Source: Mytilus edulis (taxonomy: Eukaryota). Taken from it: DNA of 64,000 nt. The notes below the pieces were generated by a model. It worked only from the letters and a program-made list of their open reading frames with translations, ran no database searches and was not told where the DNA came from. A program made the position numbers and the translations under genes. The DNA lies in contig NC_092345.1 in the NCBI RefSeq assembly GCF_963676685.1, positions 93,930,001 through 93,994,000 of the forward strand, written 5' to 3'. Positions within the stretch are counted from its first letter, which is position 1, and every line of letters starts with the position of its first letter. Shown here in pieces: positions 41,830 through 60,400 of the stretch.

Positions 41830-42240
41830 TTGTTATGTGTGGCTGAATGTGGGAAGACTAGAAGAGATATGGCGGCAAACTATACACCTTTAACACTAAA
41901 AACTAGCGTATAGAACTTTTATGATATTGTGACCAGATACGATTTCCAACTTAGAACTGCTACGAGAGACTACATGTACAGGCTCACAAACACCATTTAA
42001 AGCAGGAGATGGAGTGGGTTATGTAAAATTTTGAAGTGGGACATATGGCACGATTGTTGAATCACCTAAACGTGGACACCATCAGGAAAGAGAAATGTAG
42101 ATTGTCCAAAGGAAACTTAGGATACGAATGATAGGCATAGAAAGAACAGTCATTGGATGGAGAACACGAAGAGAAGAAACCAAGCAGAAGACACTCAAAT
42201 AGAAGGTGTCTGTTCGCGTCATGTGTCCAGCGCTAACAGG
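41830..42240 (+). mobile_element. Highly degraded RTE-clade LINE 3' remnant
   Basis: Fragment WTPSGKRNVDCPKET* near 42073-42120 resembles the RTE C-terminal W.P.GKR.RGRPK.TW motif; upstream LLCVAECG resembles LLYG.E.W. Confidence 0.45.
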
Positions 42241-42705
42241 AGTTGTAATTTTTCTGTGATTAAAGCATACCAAAATGTAAAAAACTGCTTGCTTTTATCA
42301 TAGCACTTTAATTGTTGAGCATTTTTAAAAGATATAAGTCCAACAGTTACGATTCAGTCGACCTTTTCTGTTATTTAGAATCTAATTCAAGACAAGGACA
42401 AGAGGCAAATATATCTACAAAAATCCTTTAATTTATCTTTCAGATATATGAAAATGCCCTTTCCTTAGCATATTTTTTTTTATTTCCCTGTTTTCTATGT
42501 TTTCGGTTTCTTTGTTTGGGTCTATGTTCTAATAATTTGTCAAAGGGGGCATCATTGAACTATGTTGCATTGGGTTTCTGCACAGCACTAGATCAGTACA
42601 TCGGTTTTGGAAAACTATAGATATTGTATGAAATTTGTAATGACAAAACTTGAGGAATGCATCTCCTTTGTTAATACCTCCGATTCATTGTCCATGTAGT
42701 AATAA

Positions 42706-43230
42706 CTAGTATATATTTGTTTAGGGGCCAGCTGAAGGACGCCTCCGGGTGCGGGAATTTCTCGCTACGTTGAAGACCTGTTGGTGAACTTCTGCTGTTG
42801 TTTTTTTCTATGGTCGGGTTGTTGTTGAAAAAATTCTATACTAGTACAGTGATAATGGACGTCATACTAAACTCCGAATTATACACAAGAAACTAAAATT
42901 AAAAAATTAGACAAGACTAACAAAGGCCAGAGGCTCCTGACTTGAAACAGACGCAACATTGCGGCGGGTTAAGACATGTTTATGAGATCTCAACCCTCCC
43001 CCTATACCTCTAGCCAATGTAGAAAAGTAAACGCATAACAATACGCACATTAAAATTCAGTTCAAGAGAAGTCCGAGTCCGAAGTCAGAAGATGTAACAA
43101 AAGAAAATAAATAAAATGACAATAATACATAAATAACAACAGACTACTAGTAGTTAACTGACATGCCAGCACCAGACCTCAATAAAACTGATTGAAAGAT
43201 TATGTCTTCATCATATGAATATCAGGCACA
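42706..43230. repeat. SINE-like repeat copy with internal inversion
   Basis: Compared with the copy at 63298-63815, segment 42706-42826 is reverse-complemented while 42838-43230 is collinear; both breakpoints fall at (tat)actagt. Confidence 0.7.
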
Positions 43231-43836
43231 ATTGCATACTTAAACAGGGGATGATCTTAAAGCTACAAGTAGGAAAACTAGATTTCTTACCAAAATCTGT
43301 CCAGTGTGTTAAATATTTTAGGTTTTCTTTAACAACACCAGAGACATATATGTATTATATGTCTCTGACAACACGAAGGACACAACAATTCATGAATTAT
43401 AAACATTCACGATAAAATGAAAATGAGACCCAATATATAGTGTTGAACCATGTCTGTATTGAAGGTATAATTGAATAATTTTTTGAACTGTATTTATATT
43501 TTGAAAACATCATCCAGATTAACTCTATATGTGTTTAATGTTTTGTTTGAATGAAATAAACTGAAGATTTCAATTAATAACGATTATATTGGTCTTCATA
43601 ATGGGATTTATAAATAATGTTTGCGTTCAATTAATGTACAATGATTGTACTTACCTAGTCTGTTTCCCGACCGTTATTGGAATTCTTGACAATACCTACA
43701 ATAATATTTGTATATTCCGAAGTCATACTGGATATATTACGGAGGGACCAACCTAGTACTTACCATGCTTAACCTCAAAATACAATGATTGTGTGTTATA
43801 CTGATGGCATTAAAAGATAATGATGTATGCTTCAAT

Positions 43837-43958
43837 AGAATTGTTGGTGTTTTAACGCCACTTTCAAGCGCCACTTTTGGGCTATTTCGTGGCGGCCAGT
43901 CTTTAGTGGTGGAGAAAGCTTGAGTACCTGAAGAAAACCACTGACCTACGATATGGAT
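43837..43958 (-). mobile_element. Truncated SINE-like retroposon fragment with 14-bp TSD
   Basis: Flanked by ATGTATGCTTCAAT at 43823-43836 and 43959-43972. Contains ggtggagaaagcttgagtacctgaagaaaaccactgacc, a V-domain-like motif also seen near 53397-53436. Confidence 0.65.
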
Positions 43959-45299
43959 ATGTATGCTTCAATGTGTACTGATTGTTAGAAAAATGATGCT
44001 GATTAATGTTCTACATTCTTAAATATGACTATTGTAAGACTTAATATCTAAATGATTGTGTAATGTACTAATGCCCAAAATATGTGTTGATTTTATGGGT
44101 TATACTGTAGCCATATTTTGTGTGATGGCTGTATGAGTTAAATCAATGGACTTTACTTGGTTGATCTATTATTTTCAAATAAGATAATGTCATTATTGAC
44201 AATGATAATAGAACATGAAAATGAGTTTCAGATTAGACAAATCCTATCCGATCAACATTGCGCGTCTGGCGTATTAAATTATAAGTCTGGTACCTTTAAT
44301 CACTATTTACACCTTATAAAGATTATAAAAGCAAAACATAGTTGACCCATTACTTATAGTTTGACCATCTGAATACCTAAATTAATTTAAAACTCGACTA
44401 TGCTAATTAAACTTCAGGTTTTTAACTATCTGTTAGTAACAATGATTACTCTCAGATATATGCATAGTGTCTTTTAGTAGTATGGATAAGGGATTGATAT
44501 ATTTAACCTGCGACGTCTTCCCTCTGTTTTTGTTTGATGATCGATCGATCTGATCGTCTGATGCGGGAAGGGCAAACGCTCATAGACATGCATAACTCCG
44601 CCATAATTTTTCATTAATATTTGTGTCTGTCCCTTAATTGTCATGATCCAGTAGTTCAGTGGTTGTCGTTATTTCGTGTGTAATATTTATTTTTTGTAAA
44701 TCGTTTTGTTTTAGATTAGGCCATAGTTTTTTTTTCTCAATTGAATGGTTTAATATATTTTTCATTGTTTTTCCTCGTTGTTGAAGGCTGTATGGTTATC
44801 TTTGATTGCTTACATCCACATTATTTGAACTTTGGTGGATAGTTGTCCTATTAGCAATCATTCCGCGCTTTTGTGTTATTAAGTGAGGCATAGATAAATG
44901 CGACAATAGTATATCGTTGTTCAAGCGTCATCAATCGATTGAGAGAAAACAAATCCGGGTTACAAACAAAAACTGAGGGAAACACATCAAATATAAGAGG
45001 AAAATAAAGGAACAACAGGAACACTGAAGTGCAACAAAAAGAAACACTAAAATACATAAAAAGGAATTATTTGAAAACAAATGCCATATATTCCTCAATT
45101 GGTATATGAAATTTTAAGAAAAAATGGTGGGTGGAATCTGGTTTAATGACTAGATAAACCTTCCGCTTTATGACAGTGTTAAAAATATTCCATCAACGAC
45201 AGACACCACATGATATTAAAAACAGTGACGCGCTTACGTTACTAGTATGCATTCTCGAATTTTATACAATTATTTTCACAATACTCGTACAAACAATTT

Positions 45300-46370
45300 C
45301 CATTACAATGTTTTATAGAAAGCATGTCAGACGATCTTACACGCAATCACAAGTCGACATCATCCTTCTTGACATTGCAAAGAAAATCGACAACGTACCA
45401 CATCATCGCTTTTAACTCAAACTATAATAAGGAGTTAACCGTAAAAGCTACAAAGGGATTCGTGATGCAGAGCGTAATATTAGATGGAACCGTCTCCTCT
45501 CAAGTTCCGGAGCTATCTGGCGTTCATCAAGGCACAGTTCTTGGACCTCTTTTGCTTCTGACCTACATAAATGACATGCCAGAATATCAACATCATCTGA
45601 ACTATTTGCAGATGAGCGCTTTCTTTTTAGAAAAATAAAAAACCAGGTAGACCTTTTGCTTAAAGACCTAACATCATTAGAAGACTTGGAAAAACAAATG
45701 ACAAACGAGTTTCAATTCAAATAAATGCATAATAATCAGAACAACACAGAAGAACAAAGAAGTAATAGATACTTCATACAAACTTAACGGACATACTCAA
45801 GACAATGTTGATACCAGCATATACTTAGGCGTAACCATAAATAACAACCTATCCTGGGTTAGACACATTGGCAACATTTTAGGCAAAGGAAACAAAACAT
45901 TGGGGTTTATCCGAAGAAATCTGAAAGACTGCACAAATCAGTGAAAGACGCAGCTTATAAAGCAATGGTAAACCAGTGGAATATGCCTGCACAGTTTAGG
46001 ATCCATCAAGCCACAAAAAATATCAAACCATTATAACAAGTTGAGCAAAAGCAGCAAGATTTGTCAATCACAACTACACAGACCGAACACTTGGTTGTGC
46101 AACACACATGGTTAAACAATACAGTTGGAAAGCTTGAGAGGACGAATGCATATCAACAAACTATAAATGCAACATAAGATCTAGCATAGGCTATATAAAT
46201 AGATATAGACAGACAACAATATATAATCCCCAACGACAGCCAGACCAGAGGTATGGCGCTTTTAAGAAGAAAGATTAAAAAAAATGACATATATGAACAT
46301 ATATCAGGGATTGGAATCTACTTCTGTCTAACACAACATCAGCCCACAAGATAGAGGGATTCATCAAATA
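45300..46370 (+). pseudogene. Decayed non-LTR retrotransposon (CR1/L2-group) RT and 3' region
   Basis: Frameshifted fragments QVDIILLDIAKKIDNVPH, QSVILDG...SGVHQGTVLGPLLLLTYINDMP, YLGVTINNNLSW..HI, KTLGFIRRNLKDC. Confidence 0.85.
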
Positions 46371-47737
46371 AACATTTCATGATGAAGGTAAATCCAGAAA
46401 AGCACTTTGCCTTTGGACGCAAGAAATTATTAAAAGTGTTGTTTTCAATTTTTTACCAATGTAACTTTAAAATGAGGCAGAGGTCAGATGAAACATGACC
46501 CCTTATTCCATACACCAAATATATTTGATCCATCTATAGAGGTTAAGCTCCATTAACACTGTTTGGGGACAGTACAGTTTGCTGTTCAGTGTTTGTTAAG
46601 GCTCCATGTTGAAAGCAATACTTTGACCTAGTGACTTGGATGGAAAGTTGTCTAATTGGCACCCATACCACATCTACTTATTTATATGTAGACCTTGCAC
46701 GGTTTCTCATATACCAAATACAGTTATTGTTTTACTCTTTAAAATAAGTGATTCCAATGACATGATGCATCTGCATCAAGGGATTCTATTCCATAAAATG
46801 AATAGCTTCATTTGAAGCCAATATGGTCTTTTAATTGAATTTTCGGTTATATCTTTATTACATTTCTGCATAGTTTGATTTCATTACACCTATCTATTTT
46901 TGAAAATAAAATAAAATCTAATACCCATAGAGTTTTAACCATGAAAAACTTAAACTTCTGCAATAATGGCTACAATAAAATTGAGAATGGAAATGGGGAA
47001 TGTGTCAAAGAGACAACAACCCGACCAAATAAAAAACAACAGCAGAGGGTCACCAACAGGTCTTCAATGTAGCGAGAAATTCCCGAAGTTTTTCTAACAG
47101 TAAAAACACTTTAAAGACATACATACCCTTTTTTTAACAAACAGTATATATTTCTATAATAAAACACACTTTCTGTACAAGATTAATATATGACTAACAT
47201 AATTAAATTTGACACTGCACTGTTCAACTATAAGGATTCAAAAATAAATAAAAACCAATATGATTAAAATTGTGAGGCCTAGAACTTTTCAAACAACTGT
47301 TAAGGAACCGCCTGCGGTTCTTGGAGGAACACTAAGGTCTCACATCTTTAAAATGAAAATGAAATAGATATGTCAAAATCAATATACTTTATGTTTGCAA
47401 AATGCCAACTGGATTACTAAAAAAATAATCATTAAACATTAGCTTTCTGTTAGGTATGAGTCAAGGCTCTGTGTTGAAGACTGTACTTAGACCTTTAATG
47501 GTTTACAATTTACAAATTGTGACTTGGATAGAGAGTTGTCTCATTGGCACTCATGCCACACCTTCTTATATCTATTCAACACTTCATAACTTAAATCAAT
47601 GCAAAGCAATGGGTCAATCGGCATTTATGTCAAAGTTATTTACCTCTAACAAAAATAAGTAACAAGTTTATAAAATATCTTAGAGCATTATTATTTGATA
47701 AATTAAAATTGATTTTCTTTTGATATAACTGCACAAT

Positions 47738-52572
<4,835 letters not shown>

Positions 52573-52870
52573 TCGTCCTACTTTCTGTTTACTTTCTGTT
52601 TACGTCCTACTTTCACTTTAGTTGCCAGAAGTGCCGAAGTCGTAAAAACCGAAAAAAACATATTTGACCAAAATCGTATGATTCAAATGTGAACATAATA
52701 AAAAATGTATAATAATTCTTTCCTACGATTGTAGTAAAACAACTAATGGGAATAATTCATGATTTTGCTATATAAAATTCATTTACGACAAATATGTCAG
52801 CGCCCATACAAAAAAATAACAAAACATATTTTATGTAAATTTAGAGTTATCAACGTGAATAAGGTAGATA
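52573..52870. promoter_or_regulatory. Candidate bidirectional promoter between IDI1 and ANKZF1
   Basis: Head-to-head genes; IDI1 ATG at 52572. Locally CpG-containing stretch with ETS-like ccagaagtg/ccgaagt near 52625-52640. Possible ANKZF1 UTR-exon donor AAG|GTAGAT at 52863. Inference only. Confidence 0.35.
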
Positions 52871-53559
52871 TTTCTAATATAAGAAGTTGCAGATAATTGA
52901 ATATGAATAAGAACATAGTTAGTTTTATTGTTTTATTGTATTATCGGACTTAGTTACGCTGAGTAGAAATTAGCTTCTATACACAGTGGCATTGCACAAT
53001 CACCTGAAAATCATTCCTGACAGTTAATGTTATGGTCTGTTTATGATGATGCAATACACCAAACTGTATAAAAAATAGTGTTAGGTTTTTAACAGACCAA
53101 AGGACTTTCAATAAACCATATCAAAAAAGGAAGAATGAAGACAATATCAAGGTAACCGTATTTAAAGATTGAAAAAAAAACAATTAACTGCCGATAGTAT
53201 GTATGTGTGTTACTGGCAAATGCCTCCGATATACCAAGAACCCTTTGAAAGCTTTGAGGGTACAGTCGCATCCATGTACACTCCCTATATGGATTAATGG
53301 TGACGTGTATATTAATACGACAATTATTTTTAAAAGGACAATCAATCCCCACCCAACACAAAGGGAGTGCTACGACACCATGAAGTCTGTAATTATGGTG
53401 GAGGAAGCTGAAGTACTTGGAGAGAACCACTGACCACTTAGCGGAAACAGACAAACCAGAGAAATATCAGAAGATTGATCTCCAGGTCAAAGCAGGTGAC
53501 AACTTTGACCAACCGAGGCCCCCAAAGTACCCATTCTTTTTGAAACTCTGGTCTGGGTA

Positions 53560-54085
53560 CCAGAGATGTGTGTGAGAGGGTGAAAATTACCCTTCTGATG
53601 TCCTAATATTTTTAGCACCCCGAGTGAGAATCAAACTCAGGACCTTCAGCATTGTAGCCGTCGGTCTTAATCACCAGTCAGGGGTGCTACTTGTACAAGT
53701 AATTTTTCAAAACTTACTTAAACAAGTAAAAAAAAATTACGATCATCAAAATTCTCAAGTTTTGCGATGTAAAATCATGCCTTTAATGATTTTTCCCAGG
53801 TTAGCTCATAATTTTTTATTATAGTTCAATGTTTCATCTCATAAATTAAACAAAGAAACTGATTGGGCAAAGATCTTAAGTATTTGCACAAAGCCTTCAA
53901 AAATTGCTCCTTTGGGGCTTGTAAATGACCAGTGTTCTAAAGATAACAGACAACTGGGATTTTCATTGTCCATGAAATTCACTTTTATAAGTATCCTACA
54001 AATTTTTTTTTTTTTACTTCTTCAAGTAAATAAAAATTACATGTACAAGTAGTACTCCTGACTGACCACTAGACCACGAACTCAC
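53560..54085 (-). mobile_element. tRNA-derived SINE head interrupted by a MITE
   Basis: On minus: A-box-like tggtctagtgg (~54076-54066) and B-box-like gagtttgattc (~53638-53628) become adjacent once 53675-54064 is removed. Confidence 0.45.
53675..54064. mobile_element. MITE (~390 bp) with inverted termini
   Basis: cagtcaggggtgctacttgtacaagtaattttt versus aaaaattacatgtacaagtagtactcctgactg. Possible imperfect 5-bp TSD atcac/accac. Confidence 0.7.
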
Positions 54086-54456
54086 ACTAATATATAATGG
54101 ACTTTTGACTCCAGAATTATTATTGTTAGACAGGTTACCTCCTCTTTGCCTTTGATAGTAAAGCAAGAGCTAAATAAGTAAATTCATGTTTATAATCTGT
54201 ATAGTGCCAATAATGGTATATACATTGTATGACTAATTCATTTTAAAATAGTTTAAATTGCACCGATCATACATTTGATCTTACATTTTTTGGACTAGTC
54301 CTATAATATAAGACTGTGAAGATTCATACACGTATCATTTACATTAAAACGTTTTTTTATCAAACATTTGTTTTTACTATCAATGTTCGAGGTTCTGTCT
54401 TTTACATTTTCAGATTCAGTTTTGATCAGTTGTCTGAGTTAAACACAACAAAGAAG

Positions 54457-57400
54457 ATGGATTCAACAACAACATCTCCAAAGAAACTGCAGAAGAAAAG
54501 GACTCAGCAATACTCTATGTGTTTTCTATACAACACTGGAGAAGCTATGTCCAAGTTAACAGGACTGACTGTTGCTACATGTAATCCTTCTACAGAAAAA
54601 GGCAAAGCAACAACATCAACTGAAGAAACAAAGGAGGCAACAGGTAAATAGGTAAAAAAGAATGATTCTATTGTAAATGAGTATTCTATGTTACAAGTTT
54701 GTAAAAGTTAAATTTTTAACCTTGGAACGCTACTCTGAAAGTGCTAATAATACAAAGAGAGTAAAAAAATGCATTTATAATATTATCCAGTACAGTTATG
54801 TCCCCTGATTTGAGCAAATTTTTCAAATGTTAATATATGGCAAAATTAGATTATATCACTTTAAATCAATGATTACTGAGACATTGTAGACTATTTGTAG
54901 TGTTTCTCTTCAATATATATAAATCTTGAAGAATATGCAATAGATTTTAAGGCTTACAACTTTAAAAAAAAAAAAAAAAAAAAAAACTAGTTTGTTTGCT
55001 TTGTTTGCAAAAAAGACACATAATACCTTGTATAAATCAAGTAACAAATCCAAGATATTGGTACCTTATTAACACAGTTATATTGTTGCTCTGAGAATGA
55101 TCTCCCTGAAATAAATAGTGATAAACATTTAATAAAAAAGATGAAGAAGCAAAAAATATATTATTGAGTGAACGAAATTATAGAAAAATGGAATGTTGTT
55201 AGTACATATAAAATAGAAAAAGATGAATACTATTAGTTGAAGCAAGTTTAGATGGGGTTCTGTGTATTTACATTGTTTGTACAACTCTCCTTACTGATGC
55301 CATATTTTGGAATTTCCGTGACCTAAATGGTTCACGAAAATTAATATTTTTATATATAGTATAGTAATAACGATTGTCTGATTCATTGTTTTCTTGTACT
55401 GTTAATCCATGAAATTGCAAAAGAGATAATAAGAAAATTTAATTTATTTCTGTTTTTCAGTACAACAAAGACCAGATTTTACTACCGTCTCAGAAAAAAT
55501 GTCCTGTAATTACTGTGAAGCTGACTTTGAATCAAGGGAAGAACAGGTAACTACATTTATTTTACCAACAGTAATTTATTGAAAGTTTTCTAGATTAATG
55601 CTGTGTGCTTAATTAAAAGATGTTAATATAGATTAGTTTAAACATGTTTTATTTGTTTAAGTACAAATTGGATAAGACACAAGTCAAACAGACTTATGAA
55701 GTCTTCTCCATTTAACATTTATAGCAATATAATACAAAAATATATGTATGACCATGCATGTGTAGAATGGTATATCTATTTAATATACCGGTATATAAAT
55801 TGTATATATAATATGGATATATGTCAAAAGATGGAAAATTCAAGAAAAAATTAAAAAAAATACAGAAAAAAGTAAAAATAAATAAATGAGTGTTTAGAAA
55901 ACAAAAACACAAAAAATAAAATACAAAATTTAAAAACGAAAAAAAGGACAAAAATAATATAGATATATATTGTTAACTTTTTATACGACCGCAAAATTTG
56001 AAAAAATTTTCGTCGTATATTGCTATCACGTTGGCGTCGTCGTCGTCGTCCGAATACTTTTAGTTTTCGCACTCTAACTTTAGTAAAAGTGAATGGAAAT
56101 CTATGAAATTTTAACACAAGGATTATGACCACAAAAGGAAGGTTGGTATTGATTTTGGGAGTTTTGGTCCCAACATTTTAGGAATTAGGGGCCAAAAAGG
56201 GCCCAAATAAGCATTTTCTTGGTTTTCGCACTATAACTTTAGTTTAAGTTAATAGAAATCTATGAAATTTTGACACAAGGTTTATGACCACAAAAGAACG
56301 GTTGGGATTGATTTTGGGAGTTTTGGTTTCAACAGTTTAGGAATTAGGGGCCGAAAAAGGGCCCAAATAAGCATTATTCTTGGTTTTCGCCACAATAACT
56401 TTAGTTTAAGTAAATAGAAATCAATGAAATTTAAACACAATGTTAATGACTACAAAAGGAAGGTTGGTAATGATTTTGGGAGTTTAGGTCCCAACAGTTT
56501 AGGAATTAGGGGCCAAAAAGGGACCCAAATAAGCATTTTTCTTGGTTTTCGCACCATAACGTTAGTATAAGTAAATAGAAATCTATGAAATTTAAACACA
56601 AGGTTTATGACCATAAAAGGAAGGTTGGTATTGATTTTGGGAGTTTTGGTCCCAACAGAATAAGGGGCCCAAAGGGTCCAAAATTAAACTTTGTTTGATT
56701 TCATCAAAATTGAATAATTGGGGTTCTTTGATATGCCGAATCTAACTGTCATGACTGTGTATGTAGATTCTTAACTTTTGGTCCTGTTTTCAAATTGGTC
56801 TACATTAAGGTCCAAAGGGTCCAAAATTAAACTTAGTTTAATTTTGACAAAAAATGAATCAGTTAGGTTCTTTGATATGCTGAATCTAAAAATGTACTTA
56901 GATTCTTGATTATTGGCCCAGTTTTCAAGTTGGTCCAAATCGGGGTCCAAAATTAAACTTTGTTTGATTTTATCAAAAATTGAATAAATGGGGTTCTTTG
57001 ATATACCAAATCTAACTGTGTATGTAGATTCTTCATTTTTGGTCCTGTTTTCAAATTGGTCTACACTAAAGTCCAAAGGGTCCAAAATTAAACTTAGTCT
57101 GATTTTAACAAAAATTGAAATCTTGGGGTTCTTTGATATGGTGAATCCAAAAATGTACTTAGATTTTTTATTATGGGCCCAGTTTTCAAGTTGGTCCAAA
57201 TCAGGATCTAAAATTATTATATTAAGTATTGTGCAATAGCAAGTCTTTTCAATTGCACAGTATTGCTCAATGGCAAGAAATATCTAATTGCACAATATTG
57301 TGAAATAGCAAATTTTTTTTTAATTAGAGTTATCTTTCTTTGTCCAGAATAGTAAGCAAGAAATATCTAATTGCAAAATATTGTGCAATAGCAAGATTTT

Positions 57401-60400
57401 TTTTTAATTGGAGTTATCTTTCTTTGTCCAGAATCAACTTAAATCTTTGTTATATACAATATACAATGTATATTCACTTTTTACTACCAACTGATAAATT
57501 AAAATAATCTTTACCATTCAGTGATAACAAGCAGTTTTTTTACATCTTAATATTTTATGATGTATTTAAATGAGTAGTTATTGTTGCAAACTCCATTAGA
57601 AATTTTAATTGAGATTAGTTTTGGAATAAGGGAAAGGGGGATGTGATTAAAAAAATTGGGTTCAATTTTTCTCATTTGAAATTTCATAAATAAAAAAGAA
57701 AATTTCTTCAAACATTTTTTTGAGAGGATTAATATTCAACAGCATAGTGAATTGCTCTAAGAGAAAACAAAAATTTTAAGTTCATTAGAACACATTCATT
57801 CTGTGTCAGAAACCTATGCTGTGTCAACTATTTAATCACAATCCAAATTTAGAGCTGAATCCAGCTTGAATGTTGTGTCCATACTTGCCCCAACCGTTCA
57901 GGGTTCAACCTCTGCGGTCGTATAAAGCTGCGCCCTGCGGAGCATCTGGTTATAACAGTTTTTTTTTCATTTGCTTAAAAGTACTCTTAAAGGTATGTCA
58001 TGTATGAAGATTCTTTTGTTATGCTTTTTGTTGACCTGTTTATCCCTCTTTCTGTTCTTCTGTCCATATTTCAATTCCTCTGTCTTTCCTTCTATCCCAT
58101 TTTTGTTTCCTCACTTGCTTCTTTTTATTTTGAATTTGCAAAGCTCTAGCAGGGGCAAATGTGTTCTCAGACTCATTCCTCTTTTATTTAATACTATTTT
58201 TACTATATATTTTTTATTTTTTATGTTTTTATGCAAATAAATAATTAACCACACTTTATTTTCAGAAAAGACATTACAAATCAGACTGGCACAGATACAA
58301 TCTGAGACAAAGATTAAAGGGAGTCAGCTATGTAAATGAGGACAAGTTTGAAGAGCTTTCAGGTAATGACTTTACATAAATTATACATCACCTCAGAGAA
58401 CAATATGATTTATATATACAAATCAAGCTAAGACCCACCCAGTCATTATTGAAAAAACACACTAACCCCCACCTAGTCGTTCATGAAAAAGCATGACTCA
58501 TCTAGTTCTTCATTAAGAAAAATAAAAAAAAATAATAAGACTCACCTAGTCATTCATGAAAAAATACAGACTCACCTAGTCGTTCATGAAAAAACACATA
58601 AGCGAGCATTACTGGTTCCTTGAAATTTATGGATAATGCTCAATAAAAATGTGTTTTATTTAATGGAAAATATGAATCAGTGGAGGCAATAAAGCATGGT
58701 CTTAAATCAGGGCTGTGAAGATAGGCTTTCTATGTTCACAAGATATATATAATAAGTAGAGTTCATATTAAATGCAATAATTTAATATGAATGTTTCCAG
58801 GAAATATATCGAGTATATCAGGCTCTGAGTCTGACAGTGGTGAAGATGACAACCATGCTACAAGTAAACCTATTGGAATGGCTGCCAGATTCCAGAGGAA
58901 ATTAGAGGTCATAGGGACAGGAAGTAGTACAGACAGTGATACCGAGGACAGTATAATGGATGACAGAGCTCGCAAATACCCAAAGATATTCCTCAAAAAT
59001 TCTCTGGGTGACCTGATATCACTATATAGATGTGTTGTGTATCACAAAAAGGTAAGGTAGCATACCTTATAATAAGCAAAGAGATACACCTGATCCAATT
59101 TTTGATCAGATTTGTAAAAAGATATGGATGGGGTATCCATTCATGACACAAAGTCAATTCATGCACATAAAAAAAAACTCACAAAAAGCATTTTCCATTT
59201 GAATGGTTTTACACACGTCATTTTTGGGCCCTTTTTAGCTTGCTGTTCGATGTGAGCCAAGGCTCCGAGTTGAAACCGTACATTGGGCTATAATGGTTTA
59301 CTTTTACAAATTGTGACTTAGATGATAAAGTTGTCTCATTGGCACTCATAACACATCTTTTTATATCTATATATTCACATCTGACAGAATGCAAAGTAAA
59401 GAGTTAAATTTAAAAACAATTCTTTTTTAGGTTATTCCATCTAGCCATTCAGATTTAATGTCCATGGTAACAGACATTCCATTGCATATGAAGTGGGCAG
59501 TCTTGATGTCAAGTGGAGGTCATTTTGCTGGAGCAATATTTGATAGGTATGAAACAAACATTTGGACTTAGTATACAATATAAAGAGTGAGACCATTTGA
59601 ATGATTATTATATTACTTCAAAAGAAACAAAATACATGTATAGTAAAAAATTGAAATACTTGTACCTGTATGATAAAAATATCATTCACTTTGATGAAGA
59701 TTGTGAATTAGGAGTAGACAAAAACCAACAGGCATGTGTACATGGAATTGGCATGGTATTAACAATTACTGAAAAATAATCTGGAGGTCTTTTTCACATA
59801 CATTTCCCAGCAAACCTGTTTCTGCTTATACAACTTAATGTCACCCCATGTTAAAACTGATTAACAACAAAAATTAAGATAGAAGGACAAGATATTTCTA
59901 TTGGTTTTGTGCAATATCAGAGCCAATTTGGACCCAATACAACTTAATGATGAAAATGTTTGTATGTTATAACCTTTATGTAATACACTCGTCAGCATAG
60001 ACTATCTTTAAAACAAACTCATCAAAGAGACTTTTAAATTTTACCTAGGCTAATGAATCTGTGAAAAAAAAGCACCCATGATTTAGTATATATAAATAAG
60101 ATTGCAAGTTATTTCTAGATACTCAACCACTTTTCTATCAAACATTGCCCTTACATTTTCATTGTAATGTAAAATTCTAAAGAAATTGTCATACTTATGT
60201 TGTTTATTATAGGGATAACGTTATTGCCCATAAAACATTTCACCGCTACGTTGTGAGAGCTAAGCGTGGTACAGCACAGAGTAGTAGAGATAGTCAGGGT
60301 AATGCTCCTAAATCTGCTGGTGCTGCTCTACGAAGATATAATGAGTCTGCTTTACAAGAGGTATGACATAAAATACCTGTCAATCTATTGTTAGTTAATT

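Noticed and set aside
53620-54085. Functional tRNA gene
   Set aside because: The B box is degenerate, it is split from the A box by a MITE, and no convincing cloverleaf is visible; better explained as a SINE head.
56771-57239. 142-aa and 83-aa ORFs with internal repeats
   Set aside because: They lie in the satellite block of the Helentron-like element.
58432-58595. Repeated AG|GTGAGTC donor-like motifs as another splice-site amplification
   Set aside because: They are on the strand opposite to ANKZF1 and do not copy any exon found here.
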